Source: a virus | Lineage: Duplodnaviria; Caudoviricetes | Reading direction: 5' to 3' (one strand) | IMG/VR virus record: IMGVR_UViG_3300037311_000506 | Span: 1 to 28,258 of that record | DNA: 28,258 bases | Part shown: positions 8,750 to 16,434 of the stretch, in pieces | Layout of the letters: the number at the start of each line of letters is the position of its first letter | Numbering within the stretch: position 1 is the stretch's first letter | Notes under the pieces: generated by a model | The model's database searches: none | What the model was told of the DNA's origin: nothing | The model's input: only the letters and a program-made list of their open reading frames with translations | Position numbers and translations under genes: made by a program

Positions 8750-9325
8750 ATGTCCCGCCTCGTCATTGCCATCGGCTACGCCGACCGCCGCTCCAGCACG
8801 CCGCCTGAATTGGTTTACCTCGGCCGCGACGCCTCCGCCATGCGCACCGCCTGCGATGCCTCCCCGCTGGCCTTCTTCACCCTCATCCCGTTCGCGATGG
8901 GCATCCCGAAGGCCAATCGGAACGCGGCCGCCAACGCCGCCGGAATCGCCGCCGCCCGCGCAGCCGATCTCGAGGAAGTCGAAGGCCACTTTGCCGACAT
9001 CGCCGCCGCGGCCGCCGAGCGCGCGCGAGTCCTCGCCGCCCTCCACGACGAACTTGCCACCGGGCGCGCCGATTGGGAACAGCGCGGCCTGCAACTGAGC
9101 GATCTGCTCGACGCCACCCGCGCCAAGGACAACGAACTCGCCACCCTCCGCGCCGAGCTGGCCCGCGTGACCGCCCCGCCGCCCGAAGCTCGCCATAGCC
9201 CGCAGGGCGACGGCGGCCCGGCCGCGCCCGCCGAGCCTGCGCCTGCGGAAGCTCCGCCCCCGGCCGAGCCGACCGCCGAGTCGCCCGCCGCCGACGCCAC
9301 GCCCCCCGGCAAGCGCCGCAAGTAG
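8750..9325 (+). CDS. Hypothetical post-capsid protein (coiled-coil, Pro-rich C-terminus)
   Basis: ATG 8750 after a pyrimidine-rich leader; phage-like codon usage; sits in the gpFI-like position. Confidence 0.65.
   Translation: MSRLVIAIGYADRRSSTPPELVYLGRDASAMRTACDASPLAFFTLIPFAMGIPKANRNAAANAAGIAAARAADLEEVEGHFADIAAAAAERARVLAALHDELATGRADWEQRGLQLSDLLDATRAKDNELATLRAELARVTAPPPEARHSPQGDGGPAAPAEPAPAEAPPPAEPTAESPAADATPPGKRRK
9191..9215 (+). repeat. REP-like hairpin inside a CDS
   Basis: cgcc-ata-gccc-gca-gggc-gac-ggcg, read as RHSPQGDG. Confidence 0.55.
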
Positions 9326-9343
9326 CCCGCTGCCCCCTCCGGT

Positions 9344-9371
9344 CTCTCAACTCTCAACCTTCAACTTTCAA
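9344..9371 (+). repeat. Heptamer tandem repeat (4 units)
   Basis: ctctcaa ctctcaa ccttcaa ctttcaa; preceded by ctccggt, as at 8660. Confidence 0.75.
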
Positions 9372-9391
9372 CTGCGGGCGCGCCCGCGCCC

Positions 9392-9736
9392 GTGACTCCC
9401 GCCGCCGTCCGCCGCTTCGCCACGATCGCCGCGCGCACCCGCGCGGCCGTCTGGCCCTGCACGGTCAAGCTGGCGGACCTCTCGACCGTCGCCGTCGCCA
9501 AGTCCGCCACGAAGCTCGAGCGCACGCAGAACGAAACCGGCTCGGGTTGGGTGCAGCGCGCCCTCGCCACCTTCAACTTCCCCGCGACCGGCGCGTTCAT
9601 CCCGGCCATCGGCGGCGAGTGGGAGATCACCGTCTCCGAACTCGTTGATGAAGTCGGCACCCGCTGGCGCTGCTTCGATCTCACGCGCAGCGCCGCCGGC
9701 ACCGAACACCGCTGCACCTGCTTCCGCCTCGACTGA
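9392..9736 (+). CDS. Head-tail connector / closure protein (gpFII position)
   Basis: 114 aa, beta-rich, in the neck region; synteny only. Confidence 0.55.
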   Translation: MTPAAVRRFATIAARTRAAVWPCTVKLADLSTVAVAKSATKLERTQNETGSGWVQRALATFNFPATGAFIPAIGGEWEITVSELVDEVGTRWRCFDLTRSAAGTEHRCTCFRLD

Positions 9737-9746
9737 TTGCTCGCGG

Positions 9747-9801
9747 CCCTCAACCGGAGCGCCTCGATGGCGCGGAGCCCTGAGCCCTGCGGCGAAGGGT
9801 C
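9747..9801 (+). repeat. 55-bp REP-like double-hairpin repeat, copy 2
   Basis: 51/55 identical to 8681-8735, with a compensatory T-A to C-G change. Confidence 0.85.
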
Positions 9802-9822
9802 CATTCTTTTTCTTCTTTGCCT

Positions 9823-10620
9823 GTGAATCCTACCGTCACCCTCGTCCGCGACACGATGGGCGACTCCCTGCTCCGCTACGCCGACGTGATGGAGCGCACG
9901 CTGAAAGACACCGTGCGCCGCGCCGCGCGCGGTGCGCACCGCCGGGTGATTGACATCACCCCGCCCGCCCATGCCGGCGTCAAGGGCGCGGCCGCCTACC
10001 GCCACGGCCGGAAGAAAATCGCGCGGCAAATGGGCGGAGTCCTGGCCCCCGTGAAGTTGAAAGGCCGCCGGCTCATCACGCACGTTTACGGGCATCAGCT
10101 CGCGAAGCCCGTCTATGTCCGCACCGCCGAGAAATACACCGATGTCGTCAGCGTGTATCGGCAGAACCGGACGTTTCGTAACCGGGGCGTTGGCGTCCGC
10201 TCGCGCGGCCTGCGCAGTGCGAAATACTTCGTCGACGTGCGCAAGTTCAACACGCTGTTGAAGGCGAAGGAGGCCCGCGTCGGCACGCTCGCGAGTGGCT
10301 GGGCGGCCGGCGCGGCCGCGCTCGACGTGCCGTTGCAGAACTGGATTTCCCGCCACGGCAAGGGCCGCGGCGCCGTGAAGCTCGACCTCGCTTCCGCGCG
10401 GATGCGCATCGTCGTCTCGAACTACGCGGGCAGCGGGCTCCCCGAGAATGTCGCCGCGGAACTCGACCGCCGCATCGGCTACGCCGTGCAATACCAACGC
10501 GACGCGATGGCCCGCGAGGTCCGCTACATGATGGGGAAGAAAGCGCAGGAACTCGCGATCAAGACCCGGAATTTCGACGGCGTCGTCCCCGCCGGCATGG
10601 CCGGCGGCGCCGAGTCCTGA
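9823..10620 (+). CDS. Neck / tail-completion protein (lambda gpZ or HK97 gp10 position), basic
   Basis: Arg/Lys-rich, with an ITPP motif after the N-terminal helix; synteny. GTG 9823 follows a T-rich leader. Confidence 0.6.
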   Translation: MNPTVTLVRDTMGDSLLRYADVMERTLKDTVRRAARGAHRRVIDITPPAHAGVKGAAAYRHGRKKIARQMGGVLAPVKLKGRRLITHVYGHQLAKPVYVRTAEKYTDVVSVYRQNRTFRNRGVGVRSRGLRSAKYFVDVRKFNTLLKAKEARVGTLASGWAAGAAALDVPLQNWISRHGKGRGAVKLDLASARMRIVVSNYAGSGLPENVAAELDRRIGYAVQYQRDAMAREVRYMMGKKAQELAIKTRNFDGVVPAGMAGGAES

Positions 10621-10873
10621 TGCCCACCCACTGCCGGGACTCCGTGCCCCCCACGTGGTCCGCACCTAGTCTTAATCCGCGCGATTTGGAGGGGCTAAAC
10701 GGGAGCGACTTTCGGCAGTTCATGCCCAAGCAACTATTCTAAAACGAGAATTCTATTGCCGAACGACTCCACTCCGCTAGCTCGGAGAGCATGTCTGCCT
10801 TGCTGGAAAGTCAGCCCTATCTAGGCGGTGACATTTCGCACGAAAACATCATCGCAAATCAGAAAGGGAGCAA

Positions 10874-11347
10874 ATGACTCGAACGGCCAAAAACGCATTG
10901 TTCGGATTCTTGGGCGCTGTCGTCCTCGCCTGCATACCCGTGCTTTTGCCCGGGATCCTGCCCGATTCCGACTTCTCCAAAACTGAAAGAGAATTCTGGG
11001 CCGCGAAACTCCCCCCGATCTTGCAGGAGCCGAACTTGGCGAAGAGAATTGAGCTTATTACGGTGCTCGCCAGCCTCTCACCGAAGGCGCCTCCGGCGAT
11101 CACCGAATTAATCAATAAGTGGAAAGACGAGCTGCAAGGCCAACGCGATGCGGCGCAAGCCGCGAAGGATGCCGCGGAGAAAGAGCGACTGGCCAAATTG
11201 GAACAGGATGCCAAGAAGAGGCAGGACGCCTTGGCCACGGCCGCAGCGGCGAAAGCGAAGGAAGCGCAAGCCAGCGCGGAAGCTTTGAAGAAAGCGAAGG
11301 CATCTTCGCACAGCGTCACATCGCTACTCAGGACGTTGAAGAAATGA
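10874..11347 (+). CDS. Moron: membrane-anchored coiled-coil protein
   Basis: N-terminal hydrophobic helix (ALFGFLGAVVLACIPVLL) and a K/A/E coiled coil; lower GC; AAAGGGAG upstream. Confidence 0.7.
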   Translation: MTRTAKNALFGFLGAVVLACIPVLLPGILPDSDFSKTEREFWAAKLPPILQEPNLAKRIELITVLASLSPKAPPAITELINKWKDELQGQRDAAQAAKDAAEKERLAKLEQDAKKRQDALATAAAAKAKEAQASAEALKKAKASSHSVTSLLRTLKK

Positions 11348-11359
11348 TACGAAGGCGCG

Positions 11360-11469
11360 GGCCTACCGCTGCCCGTCTTTCAACTTTCACCTTTCCGCTT
11401 TTCCCCGGTGCCCGCCTACGTCCTCACGCCCTCGTCCCCGCCGGGATGGCCGGCGACGCGGACAGATAA
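11360..11469 (+). repeat. Chimeric duplication scar: leader plus first 8 codons of gene 12560, fused to the last codons of gene 9823
   Basis: 11360-11431 resembles 12505-12583 (MPAYVLTP vs MASYVLTP). 11432-11462 matches 10583-10613 at 28/31 (VPAGMAGDADR vs VPAGMAGGAES). Confidence 0.85.
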
Positions 11470-11605
11470 ATAAGACACGGTTTCGCTGCGTTGCAGTGCA
11501 GATCGCCCTTGTGGGGACACCCCCTTGTGTCCCGCTTGGCAAGGGCACCGCAAACGCGGCGTCGATCAGAGAATATCGCAAAAACGACCGAGGCATTATT
11601 CCATC

Positions 11606-12397
11606 ATGAAACGAATCCTATTCGCATCGCTCTTCGCACTCTTCGCCGTCGATCTTTCACAGGCGAAGGATCTGCCGCCCTATCAGCCTTTGACCGATGA
11701 AACCGCTGCCCGTTACTTTCTTTTCGCGGCGATGTCGTCCAGCGCCTACGAACAAGCGGACCGACACTTCGATCTGGAATCACTGGGCTGGCGCAAACTC
11801 GATTGGAAAACAGGGGCTCGAATTCCCAAGTCGCATCACTCCTACGTCGCGATGAACCTTTTCGGTTTAGGTAGCGGACTTGCCTTTGACATCTGGGAGA
11901 AAGACGGGGCCAACGAGATCGTTTTCGCGTTTCGAGGGACCGACAAGCCAGAGGATTGGCTGAAGGCAAACATCGCCATTGGGTTCTCGGTCGCATACAA
12001 GTCTGCAAAAAAGAAAGTTCGCGAGTTTATCGAGCGCAACGCGGGCAAACGAGTCGTCGCGTTCACCGGGCATTCTTTGGGGGGCGGTCTCTCGCTGTCT
12101 TGCTCTTGCGACCAAGGAATTCCTGCGATTGTTTTTGATTCATCGCCTCGCGTGTTCGACGGCCTGGGTGACCACCAAAAGCCTGCGTCACGAATTTCGA
12201 TCCACCAACGCGGCGAGGTCCTTGAAACCGCCAGAAGGGCGTCGACCAAATTCCCTGAGGTCATCGACGCGATGTATGAGACGAATTTCGATTTCGGGCC
12301 CAACGTCAGCAACCACAGTGGTTTTCATCTAGCCCTCAACATCGTGAAGCAGGCGGCGAAGGTTAACCAGGACGCGAAAAAATTACTCGGCCCGTAG
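11606..12397 (+). CDS. Moron: secreted alpha/beta hydrolase, lipase class 3 / DUF2974-like (263 aa)
   Basis: Signal peptide MKRILFASLFALFAVDLSQA; IVFAFRGTD; nucleophile elbow FTGHSLGG; lower GC. Confidence 0.88.
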   Translation: MKRILFASLFALFAVDLSQAKDLPPYQPLTDETAARYFLFAAMSSSAYEQADRHFDLESLGWRKLDWKTGARIPKSHHSYVAMNLFGLGSGLAFDIWEKDGANEIVFAFRGTDKPEDWLKANIAIGFSVAYKSAKKKVREFIERNAGKRVVAFTGHSLGGGLSLSCSCDQGIPAIVFDSSPRVFDGLGDHQKPASRISIHQRGEVLETARRASTKFPEVIDAMYETNFDFGPNVSNHSGFHLALNIVKQAAKVNQDAKKLLGP

Positions 12398-12472
12398 CAT
12401 CAGTCTGGGCGCCGGGACTAGCGCCGGCGGCGCGCGGGAGGAGTGTGATCGTGCAGTGCCCGCGGCTGCTTT

Positions 12473-12493
12473 TTTGACACGCCCCCTCCATCG
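12473..12493 (+). promoter_or_regulatory. TTTGACAC element, copy 3
   Basis: TTGACA at 12474-12479, where the structural operon resumes after the lipase moron. Confidence 0.55.
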
Positions 12494-12559
12494 AGGCCGG
12501 CGCCGGCCTGCCGCTGCCCGGCTTTCATCTTTCAACGTTCACCTTTCCGCTTTTCCCCG

Positions 12560-13108
12560 GTGGCCTCCTACGTCCTCACGCCCACCCGTCGCGCGGCCTA
12601 TGCCGCGCTGTTTGATTTCCGCACGCAGTTCGTCAAGGCCGCCCGGCAAATCCTCACCGCGGGCGGCCTCGCCTCCGTCGGCCCCGGCGAGGGCGTGCAG
12701 AAAATCCCGCGCTACTACACGACGGTCGATTTCGCCCGCGGCGCCGCCACCGGCCGCAAGACGTTCGTCGCCCTCGGGGATCGCCGCTCGACGGAATACA
12801 GCCAGTATTTCGGCACGCTCTCGATCCTCAACACGGTCCCGATGGAGACCGACGAAAAGAGCGGGACGCAATACCTCACGGAAGACCACGCCCGCGCCCT
12901 CGACGAATTGGTCGCCACCGAACACGCGCTGTTCATGGAGCACCTTGAGCCCTTCGCCGCGCCGCTGCTCCCCTTGCTCGACGTGCAGGAACTCATCCCC
13001 ATTGAGCCCGACGAACGCCCCCTCGCCGACCGCGAGGTCAACGCCGCCTTCTCCCGCTGGCGCGTGAAATTTGAAATCCGCCCCGCCGCCTGGCCGGCGG
13101 TGGACTAA
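12560..13108 (+). CDS. Tail terminator / completion-like protein
   Basis: 182 aa, acidic and beta-rich; last core gene before the tail tube; heptamer-repeat leader at 12522-12556. Confidence 0.6.
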   Translation: MASYVLTPTRRAAYAALFDFRTQFVKAARQILTAGGLASVGPGEGVQKIPRYYTTVDFARGAATGRKTFVALGDRRSTEYSQYFGTLSILNTVPMETDEKSGTQYLTEDHARALDELVATEHALFMEHLEPFAAPLLPLLDVQELIPIEPDERPLADREVNAAFSRWRVKFEIRPAAWPAVD

Positions 13109-13320
13109 GAACAGCGAGCGCCTCTTCGCGGCAAACACGCGGTGGCCGATGGGCTGATCGTGTCCCACACCGGGCAACCTCGCGGAGTTCACGTCAAGCA
13201 GTTGGAGTCAAGCGTGCATTTGTCCGCCCACCGGACAATTCTCAGTTTGTTGATCCAACCAAACCGAGTAAACAGCCTGCCTCATCCTCACGCTCAATCT
13301 GCCGCCAAAATTCACCACCG

Positions 13321-14697
13321 ATGAAAACACCACTGCCTCGCCGGTCGTCGCCAGTCCATCGTTCCGCCGCAACCTTGGGCGGATTCGCGCTCCTAGCACT
13401 GTTAATCACATGCGGATGCAACCACATCGACGCCGGTGTCTCGGACTACTCGCGTGCAGGCGCACCGGCTAGCAAATCCACTGACAACACAACCAAGTCC
13501 GTTCCGTTTTCCGACGGCAAATATGTGATTCCGCCCAAAGCCGACGACGCAACCTATATCCATAAGGGAGATACTATCTCGATCAATCTGGCGCATGGCT
13601 TCATCAAGGATTTCTCCGAGGCGGACTGGTTCCACCGCGTGATCGATCCCCAACTTAAGCGGAAGCGCGGGGAGGTCGCAGTCGTCGCACGGGTGAAAGA
13701 GATTTCCAACAAGGGGCCTGACTTCGATTTCACCTCCAGCGGCCACACCGGTGGCAGGCTCATCTACTACTCGGACGGGGTCCACGTAAACGCCCACCTA
13801 AATTTCTCCTTTCTGCCAGTCTACGGCCCGATCAACTATGACGGCTACCCACTGGCGATTTCATTCTACATTTTGGAACTCGATAAGAATCAGTCGGCGA
13901 GCATGAAGTCGCTCCTGAACACGCTGACTGCGGTAGGCGGCAAGGCCTACCCACCGAGCGCGCCGGTGCTGAGTGTCTTGGACAAAATCGGCAGCTCTCT
14001 GGTCAGCCAGCAGAAAGACGATGTCGATCTGGCTTATCACTTCTATCTTCAGCCGTATTCGGCCACGTCTGACAATACACTCGGTCAGCCCCTCCTGAGA
14101 ACGGGAAACTACGCTCTCGTGAAGCAGGACTTCGTGCATTCGGAAGAAGTGCGCGCAGGAGTCCCGTTTAGTTGGAATGTCACGATCGACCCGTCTAACG
14201 GGCTACTTTCTAAAACTGTCACGGGAACGTCGCAGGCCTCGAAGCCGGTGCCATTCACCGGCGCGACCTATCTGACATTTCAGATCAACAAGGGGCAAAA
14301 GGCGGACAACCTCAATCAAGCCGAGCGCTTCGCCCAGTTCAGCAACTTCCTCGACTCGATCAAGGGAACGGAATTCATGGACTTTACCACCATTGGAACC
14401 CAACTGACGGGCATGCTTGCGCGCGATGAAAACGACAGTCGAGCGAAGAATCTCTTCACTGAGCTTTCGGAGAAATACCCCAAGAATGGTGTGACGGACA
14501 CAGCGGACCTGAAGGCACGGCGCACGAGCCTGCTTGGGGAGCTCGAAAAATACATCTTCGATGAGAATGCTAAGGATTCTCGGTATTATTTGCGCACGGC
14601 CGACAAGAACGCCCTCCTTGAACGAATCGGTGCACTCTATTTGCCGTCCCGAGCCTCACGGCTCACCCGTGACGAATTCAAGAAGCTAGAACAGTAA
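13321..14697 (+). CDS. Moron: predicted lipoprotein of unknown function (458 aa)
   Basis: Basic N-terminus, hydrophobic stretch and lipobox-like LITCGC; lower GC than the flanking genes. Confidence 0.75.
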   Translation: MKTPLPRRSSPVHRSAATLGGFALLALLITCGCNHIDAGVSDYSRAGAPASKSTDNTTKSVPFSDGKYVIPPKADDATYIHKGDTISINLAHGFIKDFSEADWFHRVIDPQLKRKRGEVAVVARVKEISNKGPDFDFTSSGHTGGRLIYYSDGVHVNAHLNFSFLPVYGPINYDGYPLAISFYILELDKNQSASMKSLLNTLTAVGGKAYPPSAPVLSVLDKIGSSLVSQQKDDVDLAYHFYLQPYSATSDNTLGQPLLRTGNYALVKQDFVHSEEVRAGVPFSWNVTIDPSNGLLSKTVTGTSQASKPVPFTGATYLTFQINKGQKADNLNQAERFAQFSNFLDSIKGTEFMDFTTIGTQLTGMLARDENDSRAKNLFTELSEKYPKNGVTDTADLKARRTSLLGELEKYIFDENAKDSRYYLRTADKNALLERIGALYLPSRASRLTRDEFKKLEQ

Positions 14698-14737
14698 CTC
14701 TCGCGTCTCTGACGCAGACAACCTACCTCCGGTTCCC

Positions 14738-14764
14738 TCCCGTGCCCTCCGTGCCCTCCGTGGT
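14738..14764 (+). repeat. Nonamer tandem repeat (CTCCGTGNN-like, 3 units)
   Basis: tcccgtgcc ctccgtgcc ctccgtggt. Confidence 0.7.
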
Positions 14765-14793
14765 GAAACACTCCCCGTCCGTCCCCACCCCCA

Positions 14794-14817
14794 TTTGACA
14801 CGCTGCCACCGGCAGCA
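14794..14817 (+). promoter_or_regulatory. TTTGACAC element, copy 4
   Basis: TTGACA at 14795-14800, 16 nt before ATG 14817. Confidence 0.6.
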
Positions 14818-15503
14818 TGCAAAACGAACCTGTCTTCACCGACGGCCGCAGCGGCGTCTTTGATCCCCTCGTCCAGATCCTGAACCTGCCGGGCAACGGC
14901 ACAGCCTACCTCCGCTACTCCTATCTGTCCGACTCCATCGACCGCGAGGCCGTGGAGAAGGAGCACATGAACGCCGACGGCGAGCCGCTCGGCTCCGATA
15001 CCCGCGCCGGATTCGAGAAGGGCGCGATCAATGTCCAGCTCGACAACGCCAACGACAAGGTCGCGAGCCCCGGGCACATCGTCCATTTGGACATTGGGCA
15101 GGGCGCGGAATACTACGTCGCCGGAAAATTCGGCCGCGCCCGCACGCGCAACGACATCGTGAAAGGCGCCCTCGCCGTGAAGCGCGCCTACAACCCCATC
15201 GTCACCTCGACTCTCACGGAGGAATTCGGCCAGAAGAAATTCCTCACGCAGGCCGCCGGCGCGCTCTCCGTCGGCCTCGCGCACACCGTCGTCAACACCC
15301 GGCCCGGCGCGACCGTCGCCTGGTCCCTCGCCGCCGCCCCCGGCTTCACCCTCCCCGGCTGGCTCAACATCGTCGCGGGCACGGGCGCCCTCTCCGGCAC
15401 GGCCGTGGCCGGCACGTTTGAATTCGACCTCGTCGTGACCGACACCCTCGCGAACTACAAAACGCGCAAAGGCTTCGGCCGGATCAACCTCCTCATCACC
15501 TGA
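14817..15503 (+). CDS. Major tail tube protein with a C-terminal putative Ig (He_PIG/cadherin-like) domain
   Basis: Position before chaperone and TMP; C-terminal WSLAAAPGFTLPGWLNIVAGTGALSGTAVAGTFEFDLVVTD is a typical putative-Ig pattern. Confidence 0.7.
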   Translation: MQNEPVFTDGRSGVFDPLVQILNLPGNGTAYLRYSYLSDSIDREAVEKEHMNADGEPLGSDTRAGFEKGAINVQLDNANDKVASPGHIVHLDIGQGAEYYVAGKFGRARTRNDIVKGALAVKRAYNPIVTSTLTEEFGQKKFLTQAAGALSVGLAHTVVNTRPGATVAWSLAAAPGFTLPGWLNIVAGTGALSGTAVAGTFEFDLVVTDTLANYKTRKGFGRINLLIT

Positions 15504-15520
15504 GTCCGATCCCGATCCAC

Positions 15521-15618
15521 GCCACGGAGGACACTGAGCGCAGCCCACGGAGAACACGGAGCCAATCCGCCGGGCTTCCTCTGTGCCCTCTGGGTCCGGG
15601 CTCTGTGCGCTCGGTGGC
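15521..15618. repeat. Imperfect inverted repeat built from CACGGAG / CTCYGTG units
   Basis: Left arm 15521-15561, right arm 15579-15618. Confidence 0.65.
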
Positions 15619-15645
15619 GAAGATCGAACTCCGTTCCTCCTCCCC

Positions 15646-16434
15646 GTGCCGCTCAACGAACCCTTCCTCGCCGCCCGCGCCGCGGAGCACGCCAACCGGC
15701 TGCTCACCCACCTCGGCCTCGCCGCGCCGCTCGTCCTGCCTCTCCGGCGGCCGCGCCGCTTCCGCCGCGCCTTCGCCGTGCCGCAGCGGCTCCTCACGGA
15801 GCGGATGCGACTCGAGCTCATCCTCGCGCAAAACGCGTTCTTCACCGCCCGGCGGCCGTTGCTCGGCGACGTGTTCAATGTCCTCTGGCGGCTGCATCCC
15901 GAATTCCGCCGGCCGCACCCGCTGCGCGTCGGCCTCGTCCGCGACCTCGGCGCGCGCCGCTTCCGGCTGCTCCGCCTCTGGCGCGCCTTCGGTTCGCTCC
16001 GCACCGCGCGCGCGCATCGCTGGCTCTCGCGCCACGTGGCCGCGTGCGATCTGTTCGCCGCGGAAAAACTCATCGTCGACCGCCTCGCCCTCGCGGAGCA
16101 GGACGCGCCCGGCGCGCCGTGGGAACCCGGCCGGCACTCCGCCGTCGCGCCGCCGTTCTGCTATTTCGACGACCTGGCGGTCCACCTCGCCCGGAGCTAC
16201 GGCGTGCCCGTCGCGGCCGCCCTCGATCTCCCCCGCGCCCTGGTGCATCAACTGTGGCGCGCCGAACAGCTCGCCCAGCCCGACGGCGAGCTGAACGTCT
16301 TCGCGCCGAGCGACCGCCTGCTCGCCCCGGCAAGATCGGCTCTCAGCTCTCAGCCCTCGGCTCTCGGCTCCGATCCTTCACCTTTCAACTCTCAACCTTC
16401 AACGGACGCGGCGCCGGCCGCCGCCGCGTCATGA
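15646..16434 (+). CDS. Tail assembly chaperone-like protein (start uncertain: GTG 15646 or 15583)
   Basis: Between tail tube and TMP; YGVPVAAALDLP resembles chaperone C-termini; coupled to TMP by ATGA. Confidence 0.55.
   Translation: MPLNEPFLAARAAEHANRLLTHLGLAAPLVLPLRRPRRFRRAFAVPQRLLTERMRLELILAQNAFFTARRPLLGDVFNVLWRLHPEFRRPHPLRVGLVRDLGARRFRLLRLWRAFGSLRTARAHRWLSRHVAACDLFAAEKLIVDRLALAEQDAPGAPWEPGRHSAVAPPFCYFDDLAVHLARSYGVPVAAALDLPRALVHQLWRAEQLAQPDGELNVFAPSDRLLAPARSALSSQPSALGSDPSPFNSQPSTDAAPAAAAS
16340..16402 (+). repeat. Nine contiguous heptamers (63 bp) at the chaperone 3' end / TMP leader
   Basis: ctctcag ctctcag ccctcgg ctctcgg ctccgat ccttcac ctttcaa ctctcaa ccttcaa. Confidence 0.75.

Noticed and set aside
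10620-10877. Two short same-frame ORFs (10620-10742 and 10791-10877) coupled to their neighbours
   Set aside because: No recognisable motif; cannot distinguish a decayed gene from chance.
11885-11892. TTTGACAT inside the lipase gene, and TTGACAT at 9950 and 23186
   Set aside because: Inside coding sequence or at a stop/start junction, followed by T rather than C/A, with no gene start at the expected distance; treated as chance matches.
5361-16402. Possible CRISPR or integron attC array among the repeats
   Set aside because: No regular repeat-spacer period, no cas genes, no GTTRRRY/RYYYAAC-bounded cassettes recognised.
15583-16434. Programmed frameshift in the tail chaperone
   Set aside because: A single ORF spans tube to TMP and no slippery heptamer was seen.
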